From positions 1 through 49,554 of the IMG/VR virus record IMGVR_UViG_3300035002_000027: a DNA stretch of 49,554 bases. One strand, written 5' to 3'. A program made the position numbers and the translations under genes. Shown piece after piece: positions 26,403 through 33,787 of this stretch. The notes below the pieces were generated by a model. It was not told the origin of the DNA. It made no database searches and was given only the letters and a program-made list of their open reading frames with translations. This stretch comes from a virus. Its lineage: Duplodnaviria; Caudoviricetes. Positions within the stretch are counted from its first letter, which is position 1. Every line of letters begins with the position of its first letter.

Positions 26403-28235
26403 ATGAAAAAATGGCAAAGCGTTTTATTGATTGGTTTGACCCTGCCGACGCTGTTGGTGGGGCAAGTAAACCGAACCCTGACCGTGCGCGAACACGGCCC
26501 GACGGGGCGGCTGTTCGCCAAGCCCAAAAGTGCGAAGGACACGCTTTGGCTGAAAGCGGGCGGGGAGTTTGTGCGGGCGGTGGTGGTGGCCCCTGCCAAA
26601 CCCTGGCCGGGTGCTCTCACCGTCAAAGTTGACATCAACACCGAGGCGGGGTACTTCAACGCGCAAGGCCAGACCGCTGGCCTGAGCCTCGACGGCACCA
26701 GCTTCCGCTACTCGATTGATGGGGGTCAGACCTGGCAGGGTGTGGCTTGGGCCTGGAAACTCACGCCGGGCACGTACACGGTGCGGTGCGAGTTCACGCG
26801 GCCCGGCTACGTGGTGGGCGTGGCTGAGAAAACCTTCACCATTCCGGGCAAGGCCACGGGGCCGCCCAGCGGGAATCTGCCGGGAGGCGCTCCTCCGACT
26901 GAGCCGAAGCCCACTAACCCCAAACCCAAGCCGGACGAAAACCGAACCGAGGCCCCTGCGGGCAATTGGGAGGAACTGGACCATGCCTTTCCGTACTCGA
27001 CCACCCCGAACACCGTCAACTGGCAGGGTGTGCCGGAATTTCGCTTCAATCCGGGTGAGTTGTTCGCCTGGAACTGCCCATTGACCTCGCCAAATCAGGT
27101 GGATTTGGGCTTTGCGCGGGGCATCACGCATTTCGAGAACTCGGTGCTGAAAAATGTAGGCAGACGCGACGTGCCCGGCTCGAAACGCTACTACATGATC
27201 CACCGGGCCGCGTATGGTGCTGACCTCGACGTAGCCAACCCCGACATCACGCGCTACCCGCTGGAGTATTTCCGCGACCGCACGGCGGGCGATTTGGGGG
27301 GTCAGAAGGCGGAGTTCAACGACCGCGCCGCTCCCGCCTGGGTGGATGATGACTGGGAAGTGGGCAACGACGCCGAAGGGCCGCTCGTGGGCCTGTGGGG
27401 GCAGGTGCGACGGTACACCCAACAGGGAGCATTCGACGCGGGCGCTACGGAGATTTCGCACTACGACATCTACCCGTACCCCACCGGTGACGACCTGCCC
27501 AGCCATTTCATGCCCCAATGGAGCGCCCTCGAAGCCGCTGGCAACCGGGCGACGCGGACCAACTCGGTGCCGTATTTTTTCCTCAACACCTGGGAGCCGT
27601 GTGGCGACTGCCCCAGTGGCTGGCACATGGTCGACGTGTACGGGTCGCGGAGTGATTTCATCGCCGAGCGAAAAAGGACCGAGCACGACTGGGCCTACCG
27701 CATCGTGCAGGCGATGGAAAACCAGCGCCGCCAACCCGTGCCGACCGTCGCTTACATGACCTGGGGCTGGGCACAATCAGGAATGCCCCGCAACGAACTC
27801 GGCACGGTGCGCCCTGACATGATGGAGGCGACCGCGATTTTTCAGATGCTTTTGGGCGGGAAAACCCCCTCGCTCAACCTCTGGGCGGCGGATTGGGACG
27901 GCAAGACGCGGTTTTCGTGGAACTGCCTGGAGGCGCTGCTCAACGGCGCCTACCGGGCCAGCCTGTTCAACGCCGAGCGGCTGGGTAGCCCCGAACCCGT
28001 CAGCCTCGAAATCAGCTTCGACGGCGTGAACTGGCTGCGCGAATCGACCCAGCAGGCCCGCGCGGCGAAGCATCCGATTGTCCGCGGACTGCGCAACGGC
28101 TCCTCGCTCATCGTGGCGGCCCTGGCCCCGGCCCTCGTACAGGGCCAGCAGGTGGTTTGGGTGCGCTGGGGCAACTGGACCCGGCAACTGATTTTGGAAC
28201 CCTACAAAACCCGCCTCGGACGGGTGCGACTGTAA
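26403..28235 (+). CDS. Secreted multidomain protein (signal peptide, beta domain, Pro-rich linker, aromatic-rich enzyme-like domain)
   Basis: MKKWQSVLLIGLTLPTLLVG|Q; YSIDGGQTWQ...LTPGTYTV Ig-like motif; PPTEPKPTNPKPKP linker; Trp/Tyr/Asp/Glu-rich C-terminal region of about 420 aa. Function not identified. Confidence 0.7.
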   Translation: MKKWQSVLLIGLTLPTLLVGQVNRTLTVREHGPTGRLFAKPKSAKDTLWLKAGGEFVRAVVVAPAKPWPGALTVKVDINTEAGYFNAQGQTAGLSLDGTSFRYSIDGGQTWQGVAWAWKLTPGTYTVRCEFTRPGYVVGVAEKTFTIPGKATGPPSGNLPGGAPPTEPKPTNPKPKPDENRTEAPAGNWEELDHAFPYSTTPNTVNWQGVPEFRFNPGELFAWNCPLTSPNQVDLGFARGITHFENSVLKNVGRRDVPGSKRYYMIHRAAYGADLDVANPDITRYPLEYFRDRTAGDLGGQKAEFNDRAAPAWVDDDWEVGNDAEGPLVGLWGQVRRYTQQGAFDAGATEISHYDIYPYPTGDDLPSHFMPQWSALEAAGNRATRTNSVPYFFLNTWEPCGDCPSGWHMVDVYGSRSDFIAERKRTEHDWAYRIVQAMENQRRQPVPTVAYMTWGWAQSGMPRNELGTVRPDMMEATAIFQMLLGGKTPSLNLWAADWDGKTRFSWNCLEALLNGAYRASLFNAERLGSPEPVSLEISFDGVNWLRESTQQARAAKHPIVRGLRNGSSLIVAALAPALVQGQQVVWVRWGNWTRQLILEPYKTRLGRVRL

Positions 28236-28237
28236 CC

Positions 28238-28444
28238 ATGAAAAACCTCCTCAAGCGCATCATCTGCAACCCCTCGACGTCGGCACTGGGCTTTCTGGCC
28301 CTGATTCTGACGTGCGTGGTGTGGATGGTGCCCGGCCTGCCCACCGAGGCGCAGGCGACGGTTTCGGCGGTGCTCGTGCTGTTTGCGCGGAAATGCCTGC
28401 TGAGTGACGACCCGAAACCGCCCGCCAATGGAACTCCTGCTTAA
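28238..28444 (+). CDS. Putative holin
   Basis: 68 aa with two hydrophobic segments and an NPSTSALG motif; overlaps the endolysin start. Confidence 0.7.
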   Translation: MKNLLKRIICNPSTSALGFLALILTCVVWMVPGLPTEAQATVSAVLVLFARKCLLSDDPKPPANGTPA

Positions 28445-28943
28445 ACGCCGTTGGCTCGACGACACCGACTCGGTGGGTACGCTCTACGCCCCGAACGGCT
28501 TTCAGTGTTACACGCTGGAGGACTGCGACCGGGGCCTCGTGGCCACTGACCCAACCAGCATTGCCCGAAAGGTGGACGCCCTGACGGCGATTCCGACGGG
28601 GCGGTACCGGGTGATTGTGAACCGGTCTCGGCGGTTTGAGCGCGACCTGCCCCTGCTGGTGGACGTGCCGGGGTTTGCGGGCATCCGCATCCATGCGGGC
28701 AACCGGCACACCGATACGGAGGGCTGTATCCTGCTGGGCCGTACGCACCTGAACGACTTTCGGGGGGATGACTTCGTGGGGCATTCCAACGCCACGTTCG
28801 GCGCGTTCATGGCCCAGTTGCGGCTGGCGCTGAAAAAGGGGCTGGTGTACCTGTCGGTCGGCTACGGCCGGGGCGTGGAGGACGCGCGGAGCGTGAAATT
28901 CCCGGTGCCGATTCTCGAACCTCACTTACCCGAAAAAGCATGA
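28428..28943 (+). CDS. Putative endolysin, DUF5675 family
   Basis: LKR...GTL...CYTLED...TAIPTGRY...LPLLVDVPGFAGIRIHAGN...TEGCILLG signature. Confidence 0.85.
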   Translation: MELLLKRRWLDDTDSVGTLYAPNGFQCYTLEDCDRGLVATDPTSIARKVDALTAIPTGRYRVIVNRSRRFERDLPLLVDVPGFAGIRIHAGNRHTDTEGCILLGRTHLNDFRGDDFVGHSNATFGAFMAQLRLALKKGLVYLSVGYGRGVEDARSVKFPVPILEPHLPEKA

Positions 28944-29197
28944 AACGCAATCACATTTTTCTGATTCTGGGCCTGGTCGTCCTGTCGGTTATTCTGGTGG
29001 GTACCTGGCTGCAAGGCCGAAAGCCGACTACCGCCGACCGGGCCGCCGCTGACACCAAAACCGTAACCGAAAAAATCCGTGAAAAAGCCATTGATTCTAC
29101 TCGCACTCTGCCTGCTGATGACATTCACCGCCGCGCGTGGGCAGATGACGACGTGCGCCGACTCGCTTCGGACACTGGAGCGGGCCATCGTCGCTAA
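28940..29197 (+). CDS. Putative inner-membrane spanin-like protein
   Basis: N-terminal TM segment (IFLILGLVVLSVILVGTWL) then a charged helix; follows the endolysin. Confidence 0.55.
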   Translation: MKRNHIFLILGLVVLSVILVGTWLQGRKPTTADRAAADTKTVTEKIREKAIDSTRTLPADDIHRRAWADDDVRRLASDTGAGHRR

Positions 29198-29378
29198 AAA
29201 CCTGAGAATCCTGGCGACCGAAACGGCTTTCCGCGATAGCCTCGCTACGCTCTACGGGGAGCGTGAGCAGCAGCCGAAAGCGATTCGGAAAGCCGAGCGC
29301 CGCGCCCGTGGCCAGGGCCGCAGGCAGGGGGCCGCCGTGGGCGCGTTCCTGGCCCTGCTGCTGGCCGCGTTGATGTAG
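29079..29378 (+). CDS. Putative second spanin-like component (signal peptide, coiled coil, C-terminal hydrophobic helix)
   Basis: GTG start inside the previous gene in the +1 frame; MKKPLILLALCLLMTFTAARG|Q; ends GAAVGAFLALLLAALM. Confidence 0.5.
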   Translation: MKKPLILLALCLLMTFTAARGQMTTCADSLRTLERAIVAKNLRILATETAFRDSLATLYGEREQQPKAIRKAERRARGQGRRQGAAVGAFLALLLAALM

Positions 29379-29414
29379 AGTAACTTTACCCACCTTTTCA
29401 AACAATCTACCAGA

Positions 29415-29831
29415 ATGAAAACCAACCATTCTCGCGCCTCGCCCCCCTGGTGGCAACCCCACGCCCGCAACCTTCTCTTTACCATGCTGGGGCTGGCGAT
29501 TCCCTTCGCGGGGAACGAAATCTGGAAACGTACCTACGGGCGCGACTACGCCGAAAACCAGCAGCGCATCGCCGAGGAGCGGCAAATGCTGCTGAGCCTG
29601 CCGGGCCGGGTGGCGGGGCTGGAACAACTGGAGGCGACGCACTTCACCCAAAACGAAGGGCACTGGGAAAGCCAGAAGCTGAAAAACGACGTGCTGACTG
29701 ATGCCCTGAAGGATTTGAAGGCGCAGAACGAAATGATTCTCCGCATGGTGCAGGGCTTGAGGTTTTCAAGAGCGCATCCGGTGGGCGGCGTACCGCCTGA
29801 CTCGGTGGAGTATTTCGTGAAACGACACTGA
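29415..29831 (+). CDS. Membrane-anchored coiled-coil protein (lysis accessory?)
   Basis: Single hydrophobic segment (LLFTMLGLAIPFAG) followed by a heptad-rich region; last gene of the late operon. Confidence 0.55.
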   Translation: MKTNHSRASPPWWQPHARNLLFTMLGLAIPFAGNEIWKRTYGRDYAENQQRIAEERQMLLSLPGRVAGLEQLEATHFTQNEGHWESQKLKNDVLTDALKDLKAQNEMILRMVQGLRFSRAHPVGGVPPDSVEYFVKRH

Positions 29832-29862
29832 ATCATAGGTTTTAGGTTTAGAGGTTAAGTGG

Positions 29863-29898
29863 GTAGGGCGCTGGGTTTCCCGGCGCTTTACTTTTTTT
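29863..29898 (+). terminator. Terminator of the late operon
   Basis: GTAGGGCGCTGGG/CCCGGCGCTTTAC stem followed by T7. Confidence 0.75.
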
Positions 29899-29904
29899 CC
29901 ACGA

Positions 29905-29930
29905 AAAAGCCCCGTTTTGGCGGGGCTTTT
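29905..29930. terminator. Bidirectional terminator between convergent operons
   Basis: AAAAGCCCCG-TTTTGG-CGGGGCTTTT. Confidence 0.75.
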
Positions 29931-29946
29931 GATTCAAAATTTCAGT

Positions 29947-30495
29947 TTACGACTGGGCGGCAAGTGCGGTTTTCCATCCAATCCCCCAAATCCGCGAGGT
30001 AACACCGTTGGGGAAATCAACTTCGATTCCAGATAGGTCGTACCACTCCCACCCATCCGGCATGGCAAACCCAGCGTCTGCGCTCCGCATTTCTGATTTA
30101 GCGTCCTCAATCGTGGTTTTGTGAAAGCCCGCGCTGCGTTCGGGGTTGAACGCATGGGCATTGCCCGAACTGCGTACCAACGCAATGGGGGTTCCGCCAA
30201 AAATCAGTTTTTGGGCCTTCAGAAATGACACTTGGCGACCAGCCAGTACCTCGAAAATTTCAGGTCCGGTGCCGTAGCCAAATTGATTGAGCGCCCCGAT
30301 AAGCCGGTCGATTTTCTCATCCTCCAAATTCATTTTGTCGGAGACGAATTTGCTCATGGCGGGCTGGCTGACGCCGATTTCGGCGGCAATGCGCGAGAGG
30401 CTAAACCATTCCCGGCGCTTTTGCATCCAGGCCCGCAGCCGTTCGACGCGGTAGGCTTTTGCCGCGTCGTGGAGTAGTTCGGTTTTGGTGTACAT
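29947..30495 (-). CDS. XRE-like HTH protein with an unknown C-terminal domain
   Basis: SLSRIAAEIGVSQPAMSKFV HTH. Confidence 0.7.
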   Translation of the reverse strand: MYTKTELLHDAAKAYRVERLRAWMQKRREWFSLSRIAAEIGVSQPAMSKFVSDKMNLEDEKIDRLIGALNQFGYGTGPEIFEVLAGRQVSFLKAQKLIFGGTPIALVRSSGNAHAFNPERSAGFHKTTIEDAKSEMRSADAGFAMPDGWEWYDLSGIEVDFPNGVTSRIWGIGWKTALAAQS

Positions 30496-30513
30496 TTGTC
30501 GTGGTGTTTTTGA

Positions 30514-30549
30514 AAAGCCCCGGTCTGTGTGCGAGACAGCCGGGGCTTT
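30514..30549. terminator. Hairpin / terminator between the two moron-like genes
   Basis: AAAGCCCCGG...CCGGGGCTTT. Confidence 0.6.
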
Positions 30550-30555
30550 GTGTTG

Positions 30556-30813
30556 TTAGGCGACTGCCCAATTTTCCTGCTCGTCGTAAAGCTCCTCCAT
30601 CATTCGCTCCACGTGAGCGGCGGCACTTGCGTTGTCGGATTCGACTTTCGGGCTAACGCCCTCGGCGATTTCGTATTTCACGGTCACGTCGGCGTCGGGA
30701 TAGGCGGTTTCGATTTTCTCAATCAAAGCGGTGCGGAAGGCTTCGGCGGTAGCCTTTTCGTTGTACTCGCCGTTGAGCAGGTTGCCAGAGAGAAATTTGA
30801 CAGAAATAAACAT
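30556..30813 (-). CDS. Small acidic hypothetical protein (85 aa)
   Basis: ATG 30813 (MFISVKF) downstream of a good promoter match. Confidence 0.65.
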   Translation of the reverse strand: MFISVKFLSGNLLNGEYNEKATAEAFRTALIEKIETAYPDADVTVKYEIAEGVSPKVESDNASAAAHVERMMEELYDEQENWAVA

Positions 30814-30878
30814 GGCTTTGGGTGTTTTTGCGTGTCGTCGGTTCCGCCGTTGCCCGGTGTTCAACCGTTTGAACAATA

Positions 30879-30910
30879 CAAATATAGTTATGAAAATATA
30901 ACCGTGTCAA
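30879..30910 (-). promoter_or_regulatory. Bacteroidota sigma-A promoter (TTG-N21-TATATTTG)
   Basis: The minus strand reads TTGACACGGTTATATTTTCATAACTATATTTG; a 9-bp inverted repeat TAGTTATGA/TCATAACTA (30885-30893, 30936-30944) overlaps it. Confidence 0.7.
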
Positions 30911-30943
30911 GTGTTTTGTAAAAAAAGTTTTGAAATCATAACT

Positions 30944-30979
30944 AAAAAACGCCCGCTCCGGTGGGGTGCGGGCGGGCGT
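30944..30979 (-). terminator. Terminator of the leftward early/middle operon
   Basis: ACGCCCGC.../...GCGGGCGT stem with a T6 tail on the minus strand. Confidence 0.7.
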
Positions 30980-31007
30980 GGGAATAAAATGGTAGAATTC
31001 GACCAGT

Positions 31008-31223
31008 TTAAAAAAACAGCCGCTCCGGATTGTCGTTTTCGCGCTCGAAGGCTTTCTGCCGTTCTCTGATTTTTACCTCAAACTCGTACAGCAGCCCGCT
31101 CCGTGAAAGCGACAACACATCCATTTCGCAGACGCCAAACGGGTTGATGTTTTCGCAGACGGGGTTGTGCCCCAGAAGCACTTGGCGAACACCGACAAGG
31201 GCCTGGATTTCTTTTGCTGTCAT
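31008..31223 (-). pseudogene. Truncated MmcB-like PD-(D/E)XK nuclease remnant
   Basis: CEMDVLSLSRSGLLYEFEVKI matches the N-terminal half of MmcB-like phage proteins, but the ORF ends after 71 aa. Confidence 0.45.
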
Positions 31224-31264
31224 TTTGCTGGTGGGGTACTAATTTGTAACCCGATTAGTGGGTT

Positions 31265-31732
31265 TTAGTAGAAACGCCGATTCCCTTTCTTGAAAGCCTT
31301 CTGCTCCTGCCGATGAATCTCCCGCCGCTGGGCGCGGGTCAGCGGGCGAATGGAGTTGAACTCGTCTGACTCCTCAAAATCCGGCGGCCGAACAGGCAAG
31401 TACTCGGTTTCGTCAATGCCGCCGATGGGCCGGAAGGCCAGCCCTCCTGCTTCGATGTGTTGGCGCATTCCGGGATGCTGGTAGCGTTCGGGAAACTTCG
31501 GCTTGTACCATTCGTGCGTTGGCGTCAGGCCCTCGGTGCGGGTGTACATCCGCGAGTAGGCCGACGCCCCGCAACTGAGGCATAATTTCGAGAAGGGCGT
31601 AACGCCCTCGTCAGCGTCGCGGGTGACGAGCACGGCCTTGCACTTGGGGCAGTCGTAGGCGTTGATTCGCTGGGGCGGCTGAATGGCTGACGTGTGGACC
31701 CGTTCGTCGTCGGAGGTGGTGATGAATCCCAT
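31265..31732 (-). CDS. Hypothetical zinc-ribbon protein
   Basis: CPKC...CLSC; part of the tightly packed leftward operon. Confidence 0.7.
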   Translation of the reverse strand: MGFITTSDDERVHTSAIQPPQRINAYDCPKCKAVLVTRDADEGVTPFSKLCLSCGASAYSRMYTRTEGLTPTHEWYKPKFPERYQHPGMRQHIEAGGLAFRPIGGIDETEYLPVRPPDFEESDEFNSIRPLTRAQRREIHRQEQKAFKKGNRRFY

Positions 31733-31780
31733 GTTGTGTGTCAGAATTTGAAAAAAACGTGCAGAAATTAAGGGAAAGCG

Positions 31781-32155
31781 TTACGGAATTGCAGGTTGGT
31801 GTTTCCAATCCGAAAGCCTCGGATGGGGCTGGAACCGCTTCGGATCCCAGTTGACGGTTCTCAGGGTCTGGTCGTGAGTGAGGCAGTAGGCCAAATCAAC
31901 GACGGGGCGATGGCAGCGGAAAGACTTCATGTAGTCCACCGTTGCCACCCAGGTTTCACCGTCGTAAAGAACCCAATCGCGGGCGAAGGGCACGGGTAGC
32001 GCGTCGGTGAACCGCCAAAACTTCAGGTCTTCGTGCGTGGCGCAGGTCACGCCCCGGCACGAGCCGCAGCGCAGGTAAACGAGTTCGGTGTCCTCGGCTT
32101 CCTCGACGAGGTCGCTGGCTCCGCAATCAGAGCAGGGCATGGAAAGGGTGTTCAT
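31781..32155 (-). CDS. Hypothetical zinc-ribbon protein
   Basis: CSDC...CGSC at the N-terminus. Confidence 0.65.
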   Translation of the reverse strand: MNTLSMPCSDCGASDLVEEAEDTELVYLRCGSCRGVTCATHEDLKFWRFTDALPVPFARDWVLYDGETWVATVDYMKSFRCHRPVVDLAYCLTHDQTLRTVNWDPKRFQPHPRLSDWKHQPAIP

Positions 32156-32379
32156 TTTCTGGCTTCGTTTGGTAGATTCTCCGGCCCGATTCGCCCGACC
32201 GCTTCAATCATCGCCCGCACCGCCTCAACCGCCTCCGGTGAGGGGTTGGGCGTGGAGAACGTGGCGATGGCTCCGCCGATGGCGAACGAATGAACCGGGT
32301 AGGGGTATTTCGCCCGGCGGATGCCCTGCCAGATGCGGGCGGATTTGCTGGGGCGACCGGGGCGTTTGCGGGTGGTCAT
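32152..32379 (-). CDS. Small basic hypothetical protein
   Basis: ATG 32379 (MTTRKRPGRP), ATGA overlaps on both sides. Confidence 0.55.
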   Translation of the reverse strand: MTTRKRPGRPSKSARIWQGIRRAKYPYPVHSFAIGGAIATFSTPNPSPEAVEAVRAMIEAVGRIGPENLPNEARK

Positions 32380-32666
32380 CGTTTTACAATCCCCTCTAGT
32401 GGAAACATGAGACGAAACGATACGGAGTTCAAAAGTGCCTTGCTCAAAAAATTGGACGCATGAATCCTGTCGCACAATTTGGCGCGGGCGGCTTGCTCGG
32501 TAATTCCAAATTCCTGAATGTCGATTTCCAGGGTCGTATGGCAAGTGAACACGCCGCGAGATTCGACGAAGTGAACTTCTGCCATTTCGTTTACCCATTG
32601 TTGAGTTTGCTCGTAGGTTGGTGCGGGGTTTTGCTCGATGATCCGAGGCGTAGATAAGGTGTTCAT
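32376..32666 (-). CDS. Hypothetical protein (96 aa)
   Basis: ATGA-coupled to both neighbours. Confidence 0.55.
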   Translation of the reverse strand: MNTLSTPRIIEQNPAPTYEQTQQWVNEMAEVHFVESRGVFTCHTTLEIDIQEFGITEQAARAKLCDRIHASNFLSKALLNSVSFRLMFPLEGIVKR

Positions 32667-32947
32667 TCTGGGTTTGGGGGTTGAATGGGTAATTGAATGT
32701 TGAACCGGTGCCGAATCGCTTTCAGGAACCGCTCTCGGAACAAATCCCGGTACTGCGATTCGGCAAAAATGTAGTCGCGTCCCATTTCAAACGTGGGGCG
32801 GCATTCGACGGAGTACCAAAACCGCGAAGACACATCCGGGCGCGGGGCGGCTTCGTACTTGACGTGGTAGCCGTACTCACCTGCCAGAAAATTGCAGATG
32901 CTGGAAACGGACGCCTTTTCGAGTTTCTGGTAGGTTTCGAGGGTCAT
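32663..32947 (-). CDS. Hypothetical protein (94 aa)
   Basis: ATG 32947 (MTLETYQK), ATGA-coupled; the longer track ORF is an upstream read-through. Confidence 0.55.
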   Translation of the reverse strand: MTLETYQKLEKASVSSICNFLAGEYGYHVKYEAAPRPDVSSRFWYSVECRPTFEMGRDYIFAESQYRDLFRERFLKAIRHRFNIQLPIQPPNPE

Positions 32948-33309
32948 GGCCTGAGTTCGGTATACCGGTATCCCTGAAAACCGGTGTGGGGGATGGGGGT
33001 GATGGGCCTCCACGTGGCCATGACGACCACGAAGCCCGTGCGGGGCTTGCCGTGCTTCTCCTTGTGCCGGTGCCAGCGGATAGCCTTGTCGGTGTCCACG
33101 ATGTGGAAATAGCCCCGGATGAAGCCGTCGTAAATCATGAAACAGACGGATTCGCCGGTGTCGATTTTGGTCGGCAGGTTCTGGCAGTTGATGAGCCAGA
33201 ACCAAAGACTTCCGTCCCATTCGGTTTCGCCGTCGCACCGGCGGCACACGCGTTCGCAGGTTTCCCAATCGCGGTATGCGGATTTGGGGATGGTGGTCAG
33301 GAGGTTCAT
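32944..33309 (-). CDS. Hypothetical protein, possible PUA/ASCH/EVE-like fold
   Basis: Aromatic-rich; CFMIYDGFIRG and C-terminal PIPHTGFQGYRY resemble ASCH-like ends. Confidence 0.55.
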   Translation of the reverse strand: MNLLTTIPKSAYRDWETCERVCRRCDGETEWDGSLWFWLINCQNLPTKIDTGESVCFMIYDGFIRGYFHIVDTDKAIRWHRHKEKHGKPRTGFVVVMATWRPITPIPHTGFQGYRYTELRP

Positions 33310-33530
33310 GCTGGGAGGCGGTATTCGAGGTAGCCGAACGCCTGTGTAAACCCGACGTCCTCGGCCTCTCGGTGAGTGTTATAAAAAGTCGAAGACTTTG
33401 GATCGACGGTGTTTGCCGGCCGGATGGGTGTAGATGCCGTGTTCGTATTTGCCGTGGAGCGTCGTCGTGGTGGACAAATGCCCGTGTTTGGGGGCGTAGC
33501 TCGAGTAGTTTTCGCGGACCATAGTCAAGG

Positions 33531-33776
33531 CTATTTGATTCCCAGAACACAATACCCCGCCTCCACGCCGAACCCGCCGCCGGGCAGTTTGTAGGTGACA
33601 TTGCGGGCCAGTTGACGCCCCGAATATTCCCCCGTGGCCGGGTCGTATTCGCGCAGGATGAGCACGTCGCCAACCTGAAAGTTTCGGTCGTCGAGGCGAA
33701 CCTCGAAGGGCTTTTTTTCGAGGAAAACGGCCTCGAAGTAGTCGGGCCAAGTTTTGAGCTGGTGGATTTTGGACAT
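33531..33776 (-). CDS. DUF3850 / ASCH-domain protein
   Basis: HQLKTWPDYFEAV...KPFEVRLDDRNFQVGDVLILREY signature. Confidence 0.9.
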   Translation of the reverse strand: MSKIHQLKTWPDYFEAVFLEKKPFEVRLDDRNFQVGDVLILREYDPATGEYSGRQLARNVTYKLPGGGFGVEAGYCVLGIK

Positions 33777-33787
33777 GGGGAGAGGAG

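Noticed and set aside
33379-33522. 47-aa His/Thr-rich ORF between DUF3850 and the next gene
   Set aside because: Short, no motif and no translational coupling; cannot be supported.
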